Source: Barthelona sp. PCE
Lineage: Eukaryota
DNA: 64,000 nt
NCBI GenBank assembly: GCA_040285745.1
Contig: JAUFOR010000001.1
Span: 62,001-126,000 of the forward strand
Direction of reading: 5' to 3'
Shown: positions 19,682 to 30,756 of the stretch, one piece after another
Layout: every line of letters starts with the position of its first letter
Numbering within the stretch: the stretch's first letter is position 1
The notes under the pieces: generated by a model
What the model was told of the DNA's origin: nothing
The model's database searches: none
What the model saw: the letters and a program-made list of their open reading frames with translations, nothing else
Translations under genes and position numbers: made by a program

Positions 19682-21847
19682 ATGAGTTGGTCGAATACAG
19701 TAAGCTCGTTGCTCACTTCGACCGATAACAACCTCAAAAGTCCGCTGTTTGATATCCCAAGCGAACGATACGACCTTTATTTAAGTCAGACGAAAATCCA
19801 TGCACCGCGCACACATAAAACTGTATATTCACAACCCACACAAGACAACAGCCTCGAATTAGATTCAGGCGTGTCACTATCGGGGTTCTCCAAAGAGGTA
19901 AACGATCAAATTGCTGAACTTGAGTATAAACTTAACGAGTATCAGGCAACAACCACAGGCTCTACGAAGAGACAGCTGGAGGTATTTGAGGTTTCCTTCA
20001 AGCAAGATGTGATGGAGCTTCAAAAAATTCTGAGCGAGGTTGAGGCTGATGCTCTCATGGCGAAAAACGTAGCCGTAGACATGACGGGTATGAAGGAACG
20101 TATGAAGCGCTTTCAGCAGCAGATTGAGGCCAAACTCATGACAGAGGGAAGCAGGCTAGATGAGCTGAAGAGGTTTACTGCAGATGGGCGTAACATAAAT
20201 GCTGTGAAAGATGTCAGCACAGAGCTCTCACGTCTCAGCAACAAGGTCACGGACATGGATCAAAGATACACATGGGCTTCAATGACTGATTCAATATCGA
20301 GTCTTCAAGCACGCTTCGACTCTATGCAAACTGATGTAAGTGGTATCAACACACAATGCGTAACGCAAGACCGCCTTTTCAGTCGCGATGTTGGGGAGTT
20401 GCGAGACACGGTAAATGCGCTGAAGAATGATGTTTTTTCATCAGAAAGTAACAGACAGGATGAGATTGATCAGTTGAGCAGTAACTTAAAGAAGTTGGAG
20501 GAGGCGTTCGGTTCGTTTGAGATTCCTGAGGTTGACCTGGAGCCTCTTAAGAGGCGCATCGAGACAAACGTTGACGGATTAGATCGACTGCAGAATCATC
20601 ACACAAACACAGCCGACAAGGTACAGATACTGCAAGAGTTCAAGGGGCGTGCGGACGTCGATCTCCGAAGCATACGGTCTGACCTCAGCGGGCTACAGAA
20701 CTCATTACAGCTGATAAAGACGCAGACAGATACAATGCCCACATTCAGTGATGTAGACGGCATTAAACAGGAGCTCAGAGACATGCGCGATGCTTTAGTG
20801 ACCGAGGATTGGGTCACAGTACAAGTTTCAAACGCGCAGGAAGAGCTGGATCGTAGCATTGATTCAGTTAGCGATGACTTAGAGAAGATGCAGGCTGATA
20901 TTGATAAAGGTAAAACCAGCCTCATGGCGTTTGGTGCGAAGCTTGACACGACTCTCTCCAAGTTTGAGAGCGCTCAGGTTTCTGAGCTTGATGAAAGACT
21001 CACACTGATCAATGCCAGACTTGACTCATTCGAAGCGATGGTGGACGATAAGCTGAACCCCATCAAGCAACAGCAGCTCACATTAGCTCAGTTCATGCAG
21101 GGATTACAGACAACCATTGATGACATCGAGAACAGGATGGACACTAAGCTTGAGAAAATCGCATCTGGTCTTCAGCTCGCTGGTTCACAGTTGGCTGATC
21201 TATCGCAAGTGCGGCCAGCAACGCAGCCTACGGTATCTCCATTGGCTGCAAAGCAGGCGACTGAGCTGAAGGATACCAAGAATTCGGGTGAGGAGAAGTG
21301 GGACTCAGATTCATACGAGTACACTTATGAATATGATAAATACGACAGCCCAGGCGAGGAGAAGGATGAGGATATATCCCCAGTTCGCCCCAGTGCAGTC
21401 AATCCTGGCCCTTTGGGCCACATCTCAGTCACACTGTTGGAAGATGAACGCAAGATCATTGATGACGATGATCTGAGCACCAGCGACGAGGAAGATGTGT
21501 TTATGACTACCAAGCCACTCACTGAAGCGCTTGGTTTAAAGAACCTGCCAGGAAACGAGGAGGATTCACTACTGAAGGAAATGGAAGATTTTGAGAAGCA
21601 GCAGTTCACGCCCAGAGGTAACACAAAGAGTGAGACTCTGACATTGAGCCCGGAACCAATAGATCCTGTAGAGAACGAATTTGATCTATCTGATGATGTT
21701 ATTGACAGTCCAGCTCCTTCAAAAGTGGAAGTGGCACCTCTTACTGTAGAGAAGCCTAAACAAAACCCTTCGCGTTTTGAAGAGGTCAATCTTGATGTGG
21801 GTAACATCTCTGACTGGGACGATAGCTCTGATTTCGAAAGCGACTGA
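19682..21847 (+). CDS. Long coiled-coil protein with an acidic disordered tail
   Basis: Heptad-rich central ~450 aa; AATAAA right after the stop. Confidence 0.82.
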   Translation: MSWSNTVSSLLTSTDNNLKSPLFDIPSERYDLYLSQTKIHAPRTHKTVYSQPTQDNSLELDSGVSLSGFSKEVNDQIAELEYKLNEYQATTTGSTKRQLEVFEVSFKQDVMELQKILSEVEADALMAKNVAVDMTGMKERMKRFQQQIEAKLMTEGSRLDELKRFTADGRNINAVKDVSTELSRLSNKVTDMDQRYTWASMTDSISSLQARFDSMQTDVSGINTQCVTQDRLFSRDVGELRDTVNALKNDVFSSESNRQDEIDQLSSNLKKLEEAFGSFEIPEVDLEPLKRRIETNVDGLDRLQNHHTNTADKVQILQEFKGRADVDLRSIRSDLSGLQNSLQLIKTQTDTMPTFSDVDGIKQELRDMRDALVTEDWVTVQVSNAQEELDRSIDSVSDDLEKMQADIDKGKTSLMAFGAKLDTTLSKFESAQVSELDERLTLINARLDSFEAMVDDKLNPIKQQQLTLAQFMQGLQTTIDDIENRMDTKLEKIASGLQLAGSQLADLSQVRPATQPTVSPLAAKQATELKDTKNSGEEKWDSDSYEYTYEYDKYDSPGEEKDEDISPVRPSAVNPGPLGHISVTLLEDERKIIDDDDLSTSDEEDVFMTTKPLTEALGLKNLPGNEEDSLLKEMEDFEKQQFTPRGNTKSETLTLSPEPIDPVENEFDLSDDVIDSPAPSKVEVAPLTVEKPKQNPSRFEEVNLDVGNISDWDDSSDFESD

Positions 21848-21873
21848 TAAAAATAAATTAAAATTATAAAATT

Positions 21874-23763
21874 TTACTTCTTACCCTTTTCAGCTCGGAG
21901 CGCAGCTTGGGCAGCCAACAATTCACGCTTCATGCGAGCAGTACGATGTCCCTTGACATCGAAATCCTTGTAATACTGACTACCTGTAGGTCCATTATTT
22001 GTGGCAACACGTGGGTCCTTGGGCTCTCTCAGAGGAACTCTCTTGCGCCAGTTCACACCAGCCTCCTCCTGAGAGATGGCGTACTTCTTCTGCTTGCGGC
22101 GCTTCTTTTTCTCTGACTTTTCTGCCTTGAGACGCTCACGTTCTCTCTGAATAGCAATAGCAAGCTCATCATCATCCTCTTCTTCGCTATCACTGTCCCA
22201 TACACCGAGGCCATCCTCTCCAACATCAATGATTGGAGCAGCGCTTTCATTGTTAAACACCTGGTTGGCAATTTCCTCGGCTACCTTTTCTTCGCCATAC
22301 GCATCAGGGGCCTCAAGAGATTCTCCCTTGGCTGGCGCATCTTCAGGCTGCACATCCTTAATTGTAAGCTTCTTTTGCTTAGAGTTATCAATATAATCAT
22401 CCGGTAGCTCAAAGTGAGGCAAACGGCCCCGTACCCAATCAGAAATCATGATTCTACCGATGTTGTTAAGGTCAGGCTGTCCACCTCCGATCAGCTTACC
22501 GCTTTTCTTGGCAAATCGCTCGATGAAGTCAGTGGAGTCGCTCCAGTTAGTGATACCATACTGCCTTTGAATATACTGCTTCTGACATCTCTTCAGTAAC
22601 TCTTCAATGTGCATCCATGGGTCTGGGATCTGCTCAATACGGAGAGAACCCTTGAGCACGATTGTTGTCTTGTCGTCGTTGCGGTTGAAAGGAACAACAC
22701 CAGGGCAATCGATTAAGTTGATTCGACTCATGAGAGAAACGAATTGCCACACGCGCGTTTGTCCTGGAACAGGGGCGACAGTGCATGCGCGCTTACTGAC
22801 CATTGTGTTGATGACTGAAGACTTGCCTACATTAGGGTAGCCTACGAAACCAACAGTGATGGATGGGCGCGGGGAGAGAGATCCGTACTGTCGAAGCAGG
22901 TTGAGTAGGGTGTTCTTTCCGAATGGTCTTGTTATCGAGGCGTGGAACGCAATAGTGGGGTACTCCTTGCTGAGCTTCTTAAGCCAAAGAGCCGTTACCC
23001 ACTGCGGAACTAAATCTACCTTGTTCAACAAAAAGACGAGATTACGGTGTTGGTTCATCTCCTTCTTAAGGTAGCTCTCCAAATATGATGAACGGGTACC
23101 CATGGGGTCACGGGCGTCAAGCACCTGAACGATAACATCAGATGAGTCAACAACACGGAAGAGCTCACCCATGATACGCTTAGATGTTCCCTTTCCGTAG
23201 ATAGGATCGTGCTCATCAGCAAACTCTGGACCTTTCATGAATGTGGGGTCATTGTCTCGGGAGTAACCGTTCAACTTAGTGCGCGCCTTCTTTGCGAGGT
23301 CTCCCAAATCCATCAAATCGAAACCCTTCTTGGCGTTGGCGCGGGGGCCGAAAGCATCATCATATGACTCAACGTCAAGCACTGAAGATTCTGCCTCTTG
23401 GTCTTTAAATTTAATAAGGGACTGTGGGATCTTACGTGCGTGCAGTAAAACCTGGCTGGGGTTGCGCTGAACCTTCTCGGCTGCATCTCTCAGCTGTGTA
23501 AGAGTCTCCTGAGCAATAGTACGTGTGTTACCATACCACTTCCTGCTGGGATTGACGCGTCCATCTGTGTGTGTGCGCTGGGAGTAGTTATCGCCTTCCA
23601 TACGGCGCGTCCGGGTGTTGTAGCGAAGCTTTGTCTTGTATAAGTTGAGAAGCTTTACCTTGCCCTCACTTCGCAGGTTTTTATCTGTTCTGTTGCGACG
23701 GTTTTTAGGGTTAGTCGACGAATTGGACGTGCGACTACCTGTTTTAGACATGTGTTTTACCAT
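21874..23763 (-). CDS. NOG2: Nucleolar GTP-binding protein 2 (circularly permuted GTPase)
   Basis: NGP1NT-type N-terminus (RKWYGNTR, KGTSKRIMGEL), DARDPMGTR, NKVDL, GYPNVGKSS, DCPG; ATG 23763. Confidence 0.96.
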   Translation of the reverse strand: MVKHMSKTGSRTSNSSTNPKNRRNRTDKNLRSEGKVKLLNLYKTKLRYNTRTRRMEGDNYSQRTHTDGRVNPSRKWYGNTRTIAQETLTQLRDAAEKVQRNPSQVLLHARKIPQSLIKFKDQEAESSVLDVESYDDAFGPRANAKKGFDLMDLGDLAKKARTKLNGYSRDNDPTFMKGPEFADEHDPIYGKGTSKRIMGELFRVVDSSDVIVQVLDARDPMGTRSSYLESYLKKEMNQHRNLVFLLNKVDLVPQWVTALWLKKLSKEYPTIAFHASITRPFGKNTLLNLLRQYGSLSPRPSITVGFVGYPNVGKSSVINTMVSKRACTVAPVPGQTRVWQFVSLMSRINLIDCPGVVPFNRNDDKTTIVLKGSLRIEQIPDPWMHIEELLKRCQKQYIQRQYGITNWSDSTDFIERFAKKSGKLIGGGQPDLNNIGRIMISDWVRGRLPHFELPDDYIDNSKQKKLTIKDVQPEDAPAKGESLEAPDAYGEEKVAEEIANQVFNNESAAPIIDVGEDGLGVWDSDSEEEDDDELAIAIQRERERLKAEKSEKKKRRKQKKYAISQEEAGVNWRKRVPLREPKDPRVATNNGPTGSQYYKDFDVKGHRTARMKRELLAAQAALRAEKGKK

Positions 23764-24944
23764 TATAATACTGAAAAATAAATATCTGTAAAATAGTGTA
23801 CTGAATAGATGTTTAAGTCTGTGTGAAACGGTTAAGAGTGTAGTACGAACAAGTTGCTGGTTCAAAAAGAATGCGTGTTCGTGGAACGGGGATAATTATT
23901 CAATACCACTCAATGAAGTTTTTAACGGTATTCTCTTTCTGTTTCTCAAGTGTATTCGAGCTAGTATTGTACACCTGATATACTAAGAATCAGTAAATGG
24001 AATACTGTTTTAGTCAACCACAATTTCTCCACATACTCTTCTTTACAGCTAATGTAACTATTGGAAATAATTATTATATGAATATTAGTTCCTATTTAGC
24101 CAGGACAATTGAAGAAAAGCGGAAAAACTTCTCGTTTTGCAAAAACTTCCTTTTTACCTTCCTTGTATGATATCATGTCGTTTAGATACCAAGGAAGAAG
24201 CAGCAAATGGGCAAATCTTGCTCTTTTGAATCGAATTTATCGAATATTTGTGTTTTTCATAACCATGAACAGTTCAACACATTATCTTTAATGAATTGAA
24301 TATGGATAATGGTATACATGCACAGGACGGGCGAACTTATTAAAATATAATTAGTTTCAGATCTGTATTATTGAGCTTTACACAAACTGATTATCCACTA
24401 TGTCAAATTAATGATATGCCCATGTATAGAATGACTGAAGAGGGCATATTTTGTACTCATAAAAAGCTTTTTTGCCGATTCTAATCTCTGAAAGTTTTAC
24501 ACACATGCATTAGGACAGTGGACGATTTACTCGACTGGGAAACAAGGGGGAACAAATGATGTTTTATGCCGAATAGATACGGCGGTGCAGAATAGTTTTC
24601 TTGTAGCCGAATGTATTCTCCATGATATTGGATTATTGTAAAAGTCCACCACTTAAAGATCTTTTATTTTCACAAAAACCCATTGTTTTGATGCAATAAA
24701 TTATCAAAATTTGCCTCTTATGCATACTTTATAACTATTTCCCAGTCCAAAATGCAGATCCCAAATACTATGCACAACAACAAAAAAGTTCAACCTTAAC
24801 AACATCAAAATCAAATGTTTGTCCGACCAAAACGCTTTAATTGCCCTCTAAATAAAGTTTACCACTAAAACATTCTTTGAAAAGGAAGAGAAATTCGTTT
24901 TACTATTTATATCTTTTTCTTTTCGCTTTATTTAACACGCATAC

Positions 24945-27900
24945 ATGTACGGGAACTATAAATCCCACCAAGGTAGCGGTCAGGACATCAATACTCTTCT
25001 TGATCAGCAAATGCGTGATCTAGAAAGAGATAAGCAAATGTTAGGGGCCAATAACGGCTTTCCATCCCGCCAGGCACCACCAATTGGCAGTGGGGCAACC
25101 ATTACAAGCACATCGGGCTCTTCTTACAAACCACCAGGATATAATCCACAGCCGTCCGGTGAGAGTGCTCGTGAACGGCGTTTAAGGATGCGTCAGGAGG
25201 CACGTATGCAGAACCCTGGTCCCAGCGCAGGAATTCCACCTTCAGGCCCCATTGGTTTGTCAACTCAACCTCGAAACATCCCTCAGCCTGGTACTTCATC
25301 CCAGCCATCATACAGTAACCCACCGCCATCATACGGTAACCCCCAACCATCATATGGCAGTCAACCACCAAGCCAGCCAAATTATGGATCTCAGCAGAAC
25401 CAGCCACCTGCACATATGCGTAAGCGTGCCCAGTCGCCACTGGACCGCAACCGCAATCTCGACAACAGATACGGTAACGAATTTGGCCCTTCAGAGCCAG
25501 TAGCCAACAAGCGAACCTCACCTGGAAAATTGACTGCTGCCCAGTATCGTGCAGAGCTTGACGCCCAGATACGTGCGAAAAAGCAGCGCAAGTTCTCCAC
25601 AGACGGCGGCTATATACCGATCGGTGAAGATCGTAAACCGAAAGGACTACCTCAGCAGATTCACAAACAAAACCAACCTCCTGCACACCTTACAAATCGA
25701 TACAGGAGGGAGCTCGACCAACAGATTAAGTTGAAGCGCGTTAAAAGAGGTAGTGTAGTTGCAAGCAATATTGACGAGGCACTTTTGTTTAAACGAGATA
25801 GCGCGCGCCGTAGAAAGGAACAAGCGTACTTTGAGCAGGGCAGCGCCTTCTTCGATAACTTAGGCAACGATCGCGTTGTTAGAGAAAACAGAACTGGCGT
25901 TATCCCTGAAAAAAAGCAGCATGACCTTGGACCGGCAAATCAGTACGAAAGGGAACCTTATCAGCCCAAGAGGTATCAGATGCCACCACCCTCAAACCGT
26001 GCTCCTCAAAACGGATATAGTTCTGGACCAGGTCCTTCCTCTATGCAGCCTGACAGATCATATCCTGGTCCTTCATCTATGGGTCCAGGTCCTTCTTCCA
26101 TGCAGCCTGACAGATCATATCCTGGTCCTTCATCTATGGGTCCAGGTCCTTCTTCCATGCAGCCTGACAGATCATATCCTGGTCCTTCTTCTATGGGTCC
26201 TGGTCCTTCTTCCATGCAGCCGCCCGATCGTATGCAACCAGGACTTTCTGGTCAGCCGAGCAACATACCTCCAGCATACGATTCCAGACCTCACCAGCCG
26301 CCGAGCGGCTATGGTGAATATGGAGCAACCCCCAACAAACCATCACAGCCTGCGCCAAGTGGATACACCCCCAGTGTTAAGGTTTTGGGAGGGGCCAAGG
26401 GTAGCCAGTCGCCTGCTGACTACCGCCGCGAGCTTGAAAAACAGATCCAGGATAAAAAGAGAAGGGAAGCTGAGAAGAAAAGACAAGAAGAAGAATGGGA
26501 GCGTCAGAAGGAAGAAGAAATGAATAGCTATAATCCTTTTGGGAAACCTGGATCAGGAGCACCTGTTCGCCAGCCAGGGTTGTATCTCCCCAAGAATAAC
26601 AGTCCGGAAAAGTCTGGATTTAATCCATCTTTCACACCCAGCGGTGATCCCCCAGTTTCTAGCGGCTACGATCCCCAACCTGCTGCACACCCGTTAGAGG
26701 GACCGTCATACGGTGCCCCTGATTCATCACCCGTAAAGAGGAGTTATGGTGGAGGCCCAACTTCGTTTTCACTTGGAGGTGGTGCGATGCAGCCAGAGAA
26801 GCCAGCCACAGATGAAGCGTACAAGAACGATCTTATGCGTCAGATACAAGAAAAGAAGCGCAAAAAGGCTGAGAAAGAAGCACGTGAGAAGGAAGAAGAG
26901 AGACTTGAGATGGAACGCCTTCGTAAGGAGCAAGAGGAGATGGATCGCAAGTTCAAGGAAGAAAAGGCAAGAGAGATGGAGGATAAAAAGATGGCAATAG
27001 GTCAAGCTATGCAAGAAGCTACAGCTGCTCGAGCTAGAAAGAAAAAAAAGAGGGAAGCGGAGGCAGCAATGGATGTACCCATAACCATAGCAGAACCCAA
27101 GCGCAAGCCACCGGCTGTTCATAGCGTGGAAGAGCCTATTGCTGTGAAGCACAACGTTTCTAACAGACCCTCTGGAGGATTTAACCCTACTATGGAAGAG
27201 TCACCTGTACCTGCACTACGTATGGGTGCTCCAAGCAACCGTCTTAACAACGGAATGAACCCTACTAGTTCGGGGGTAGGAAGTAATGGTCCTGGAAATA
27301 ATGGTTACAATCCTGGTAACAATGATCCTGGCAATAATGGTTACAATCCCGGTAGAAATGGTCCTGGAAATAATGGTTATAATCCTGGAAATAATGATCC
27401 TAGTAATAATGGTTACAATCCCGGTAGAAATGGTCCTGGTAACAATGATCCTAGTAATAATGGCTACAATCCTGGTAGAAATGGTCCTGGAAATAATGGT
27501 TACAATCCTGGTAACAATGATTTAAACAGTGCCAGTCGCAATCGCAGCTTTGGGCAACCAATGTCTATGGGTAGTGCCCGCCAGAGAGACCCCATTATGT
27601 CAGAGATTGACCCCAAGCTCATGGCTCTTCAGAAACAGAACGATTTATTGCAAGATAAGCTTGCAAAAATCGAAACCCAAAACGAAAAGTTGGCGTTGTC
27701 AATGGAAGAGCAGAGAGCAGAGGTGCAGCGTAAGTTATTGCACGAGCGTAAGCGTCAAGAGCTTGAAAAGCTCGACCTTGAGGCATCATCCCCGTATAAG
27801 AGAGGTTATGCATCAAGTACGGCAAGCATGGACGATAAACGTAAAAGAAATTACGACCGCACAATGGATGTTGCCAAAAAGCTGGGAATTGATCCTTTTC

Positions 27901-28901
27901 AGGAGCAAAATCTTGATATATCACTTCCTGGTGTATCACAGTACGAGTTTTTTGATGAAGATGACCAGAAGAAGGGTGCAACGAGCACTGATATATTTAG
28001 TAATGTTATTGATGAAACAGAAATGCAAAGAGCTGACGGGGAGCTCGGTGGTGAGTCAGACTTCCGCCCAGTCACCGGTTATCAACCGAAGAAGAAGACG
28101 ACAGGTGTAGCTAACGGTACTCAGATTTCTGAAAAGGTGAGTCACAGCACCCAGGTTACGTCGCGTGTCAAGAAAGAGTCAACCCCGCTCGTTAAACCCT
28201 TGATGTTGCCGAAACTAACATCAAGAGGTACAATTATGACGCCTCACGGAGAGGAAGAAGTGATGCCTCTGCACACTGTTCGTCGCAAGAACAAAGATGG
28301 TACGCTAACCAGTATCACAGAGGACCAATTGGAGTTGGCAGACACCTACGTAGATCTTGAGGGCAAGCCTTTGCAGCCACGTTTTGTTGAGAACGAAACG
28401 GGAATGAAGAAGATTGTCATCGTCCGTACGACCACGAAGAAGACAGTGCAACCATCTGAAGAATCCCCTGTGAATGCAACGAAGAACCACTCAAACTATG
28501 GTGAGAGTCTTGAACACGTACGCCGAACAAAAAACACAACACTGTACCATGATGATTTGTTCAACGACGGCAACTCAATGACCACTGAGGACATTGAGAG
28601 GTCGATTGAAAGGCGGCGAGACTTCATTATGCGCACCGGGCACAGGCCTGAGAGCGCTTCAAGCGTTAGTAGCACAGACTCATTGTCTTCGACCAGCACA
28701 TTTGATATAGATAATGTTTTGGCGAGAAATAAGTTGCGTTATGCTGAGCTTAATGATGATGACGACTTGTCAGCAACAGATTTGCTCAATAACTTGCTCA
28801 AAACGTCACATAACGAGGATGACGAAACTGGTGGCAGCCCCCTTCGCATTACAGACAAAGCGGGCACAACTACGGTGCTAACGGCTGAAGATCTACTTTA
28901 G
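24945..28901 (+). CDS. CSPP1: CSPP1-like centrosome/cilia-associated protein
   Basis: YRRELEKQI...EEEMNSYNPFGKPGSGAP matches the CSPP1 motif YNPWGKGGGGAP; repeated YxxELxxQI helices. Confidence 0.65.
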   Translation: MYGNYKSHQGSGQDINTLLDQQMRDLERDKQMLGANNGFPSRQAPPIGSGATITSTSGSSYKPPGYNPQPSGESARERRLRMRQEARMQNPGPSAGIPPSGPIGLSTQPRNIPQPGTSSQPSYSNPPPSYGNPQPSYGSQPPSQPNYGSQQNQPPAHMRKRAQSPLDRNRNLDNRYGNEFGPSEPVANKRTSPGKLTAAQYRAELDAQIRAKKQRKFSTDGGYIPIGEDRKPKGLPQQIHKQNQPPAHLTNRYRRELDQQIKLKRVKRGSVVASNIDEALLFKRDSARRRKEQAYFEQGSAFFDNLGNDRVVRENRTGVIPEKKQHDLGPANQYEREPYQPKRYQMPPPSNRAPQNGYSSGPGPSSMQPDRSYPGPSSMGPGPSSMQPDRSYPGPSSMGPGPSSMQPDRSYPGPSSMGPGPSSMQPPDRMQPGLSGQPSNIPPAYDSRPHQPPSGYGEYGATPNKPSQPAPSGYTPSVKVLGGAKGSQSPADYRRELEKQIQDKKRREAEKKRQEEEWERQKEEEMNSYNPFGKPGSGAPVRQPGLYLPKNNSPEKSGFNPSFTPSGDPPVSSGYDPQPAAHPLEGPSYGAPDSSPVKRSYGGGPTSFSLGGGAMQPEKPATDEAYKNDLMRQIQEKKRKKAEKEAREKEEERLEMERLRKEQEEMDRKFKEEKAREMEDKKMAIGQAMQEATAARARKKKKREAEAAMDVPITIAEPKRKPPAVHSVEEPIAVKHNVSNRPSGGFNPTMEESPVPALRMGAPSNRLNNGMNPTSSGVGSNGPGNNGYNPGNNDPGNNGYNPGRNGPGNNGYNPGNNDPSNNGYNPGRNGPGNNDPSNNGYNPGRNGPGNNGYNPGNNDLNSASRNRSFGQPMSMGSARQRDPIMSEIDPKLMALQKQNDLLQDKLAKIETQNEKLALSMEEQRAEVQRKLLHERKRQELEKLDLEASSPYKRGYASSTASMDDKRKRNYDRTMDVAKKLGIDPFQEQNLDISLPGVSQYEFFDEDDQKKGATSTDIFSNVIDETEMQRADGELGGESDFRPVTGYQPKKKTTGVANGTQISEKVSHSTQVTSRVKKESTPLVKPLMLPKLTSRGTIMTPHGEEEVMPLHTVRRKNKDGTLTSITEDQLELADTYVDLEGKPLQPRFVENETGMKKIVIVRTTTKKTVQPSEESPVNATKNHSNYGESLEHVRRTKNTTLYHDDLFNDGNSMTTEDIERSIERRRDFIMRTGHRPESASSVSSTDSLSSTSTFDIDNVLARNKLRYAELNDDDDLSATDLLNNLLKTSHNEDDETGGSPLRITDKAGTTTVLTAEDLL
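26025..26221 (+). repeat. Coding tandem repeat, 57-bp unit x~3.4 (GPSSMQPDRSYPGPSSMGP)
   Basis: ATGCAGCC recurs at 26043, 26100, 26157 and 26214. Confidence 0.95.
27285..27521 (+). repeat. Coding tandem repeat, 36-bp unit with a 72-bp higher-order period (N[GD]P[GS]NNGYNPG[NR])
   Basis: Six full units and one truncated unit visible in DNA and protein. Confidence 0.92.
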
Positions 28902-28976
28902 TTCATCGTTTAAAATCAATAAACATGCATTTCAAAGCAAAATAAAAAATAAAAAATTGAATATAAATTTACAAAC

Positions 28977-30693
28977 TTAATGTCTATTACGCATAGCTCT
29001 TTCTCTCAGCTCAACTCTAGTTAATGGACGATCGTCAACGGTCTTATCATCATCGAGATTCGCAGAAGTAGGGTGCATTTGGTGGTAAGGAGTAGAGCTA
29101 GTGGTCCTGAATCCAGAACGGCTGTCCCTGTCACGCTCACGCACATGTGAAGGATGGTGAACATTGCCTTCTGACAAGCCGTTTGTAGAAACGCGTAACA
29201 GCAAGTCATTGAGATCATGCTCAAGAACACCGAAGATCTTAAGTACGGAATCAGTCGTGATGTTCTCATCCAAGTGGTATGAGACACGGATTTGCTGCCT
29301 AAACGCTGGGTTGGCGTTCTGCTGACACTTATAATCACACACCTTCTCAAGGTAAATTTTAAGATCATTAATGACATAGTCAAGCTCCTTGCGGGCCCTG
29401 GAGATGTCACGTTGATAATCAACGACACGTCTATCCTTCTCATTGATTTCTGTTGTAAGCTTCTGAATAGCATTGGAACTCTCTGACTCCTTCTCGTTCT
29501 GCTTCGACAGGAGCTCCTCGATTTCGTCCTTCTTCTCACCAATTCTGTTCTGCAAACCTTCAATTTGGCTATTGATGTCATTGAGGTGGTTAAAGAGTGA
29601 GAAATTCTTGTCTTCTGACTGGATAAACTTAATAACCAAATCCTCGACGTCACGGACACCAGTGGCCTCCTTGATACGCTCAAATGCCTGTTCGTAGTTT
29701 GTGATTCTCTCCTCTGCGAATTGCTGTCCCAAATGTGGTGATCCTTTAGGTCTGTGCTTATTAACTGCGCGTTTCTTCTCGACAGAGCCGTCGCCCTCGT
29801 CCTCTGAATCGCTGTCTACCTTCATCTGCAGGACCTCGCGGAGACGACGGTCTTGCTCAATAAGTCGGTTGAGCTCCTTCCACTCAGTGTCAAACTGCTG
29901 CGTCTCCTTCTCTGTGTCGGTCTTCAGCTCTTGTAGCTGCTGTTGGTACTGTGCACGAAGATCATAACTCTCGTTAGAGTCCTGGATAATGTCGGCCATA
30001 ACCGACTCGATACTCTGAAGCTTACGCTCAAGGTTGGAGTATACATCATCGTAAACGACGCGCTCCCTCCTCAGCGAATCAATATCCTCACGCATGGTTC
30101 TGTTCTGGGTCAATGCAGAATTGAACTTGATGGTAGCCTTGTTCAACCTGCTCTCCAAAATCTCAATCTGGCGGAGAATGGCGTCGTCATCCTTCTTGTT
30201 GGCGATAAGCTGACCCAGCTTAGTACGCTCATCTTTGAGTTGGAAATCTAACGTCTTGATAAAGCCCTTATACTCAACAATCTTCTTATCTATGTTGACC
30301 TTCTTCTTTGAAAGCGACTCCTGAGAGTTCAAAATGACTTGCAACCGATCTTGCAAGCTATTAAATTTGGAAGTTCGACTTGTACGACCACTGATCTGCT
30401 CCTCAGGTTCCTCAGCTGCTAGAGAGTCCTCAAGGTTGGCCTTCTCACGCTTCAAACGCTCAATAATAACTTTCTGGTTTCGTAAATCGGCAGCAACTTT
30501 ATCTACGTATGATTTACGATCCATTTCGAGCATCTTGTACCTCTTTCGAAGCTCACGAAGTCTGATTGTTACTAAATGTTAGAAAAAAACCCCAACACGT
30601 CGGTATCTCGTTTAATCCGAATAATTCTATCGGTTTTCATGCTCGATCCACCAATCATCTTACCATACTGTCCGAACTGACCTCTTTGCTCAT
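28977..30693 (-). CDS. Outer dynein arm docking complex subunit (CCDC63/CCDC114, ODA-DC2-like); two exons, 30693-30669 and 30571-28977
   Basis: ILESRLNKATIKFNSALTQNRTMREDIDSLRRER, YEQAFERIKEATG, FIQSEDKNFSLFNHLN. Splicing gives the N-terminus MSKEVSSDITIRLRELRKRYKMLEMDRKSY. Confidence 0.88.
30572..30668 (-). other. Spliceosomal intron, 97 nt, phase 1
   Basis: GTATGG...TTTTTTTCTAACATTTAG. Removing it joins ATG 30693 in frame; the unspliced frame has a TAA inside the branch point. Confidence 0.8.
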
Positions 30694-30756
30694 GTTAGTT
30701 TGAAAAAAAAAGCTGTTAAAAGGGTATTTAAACAAGTAACAAAAAATAAATTTTTA

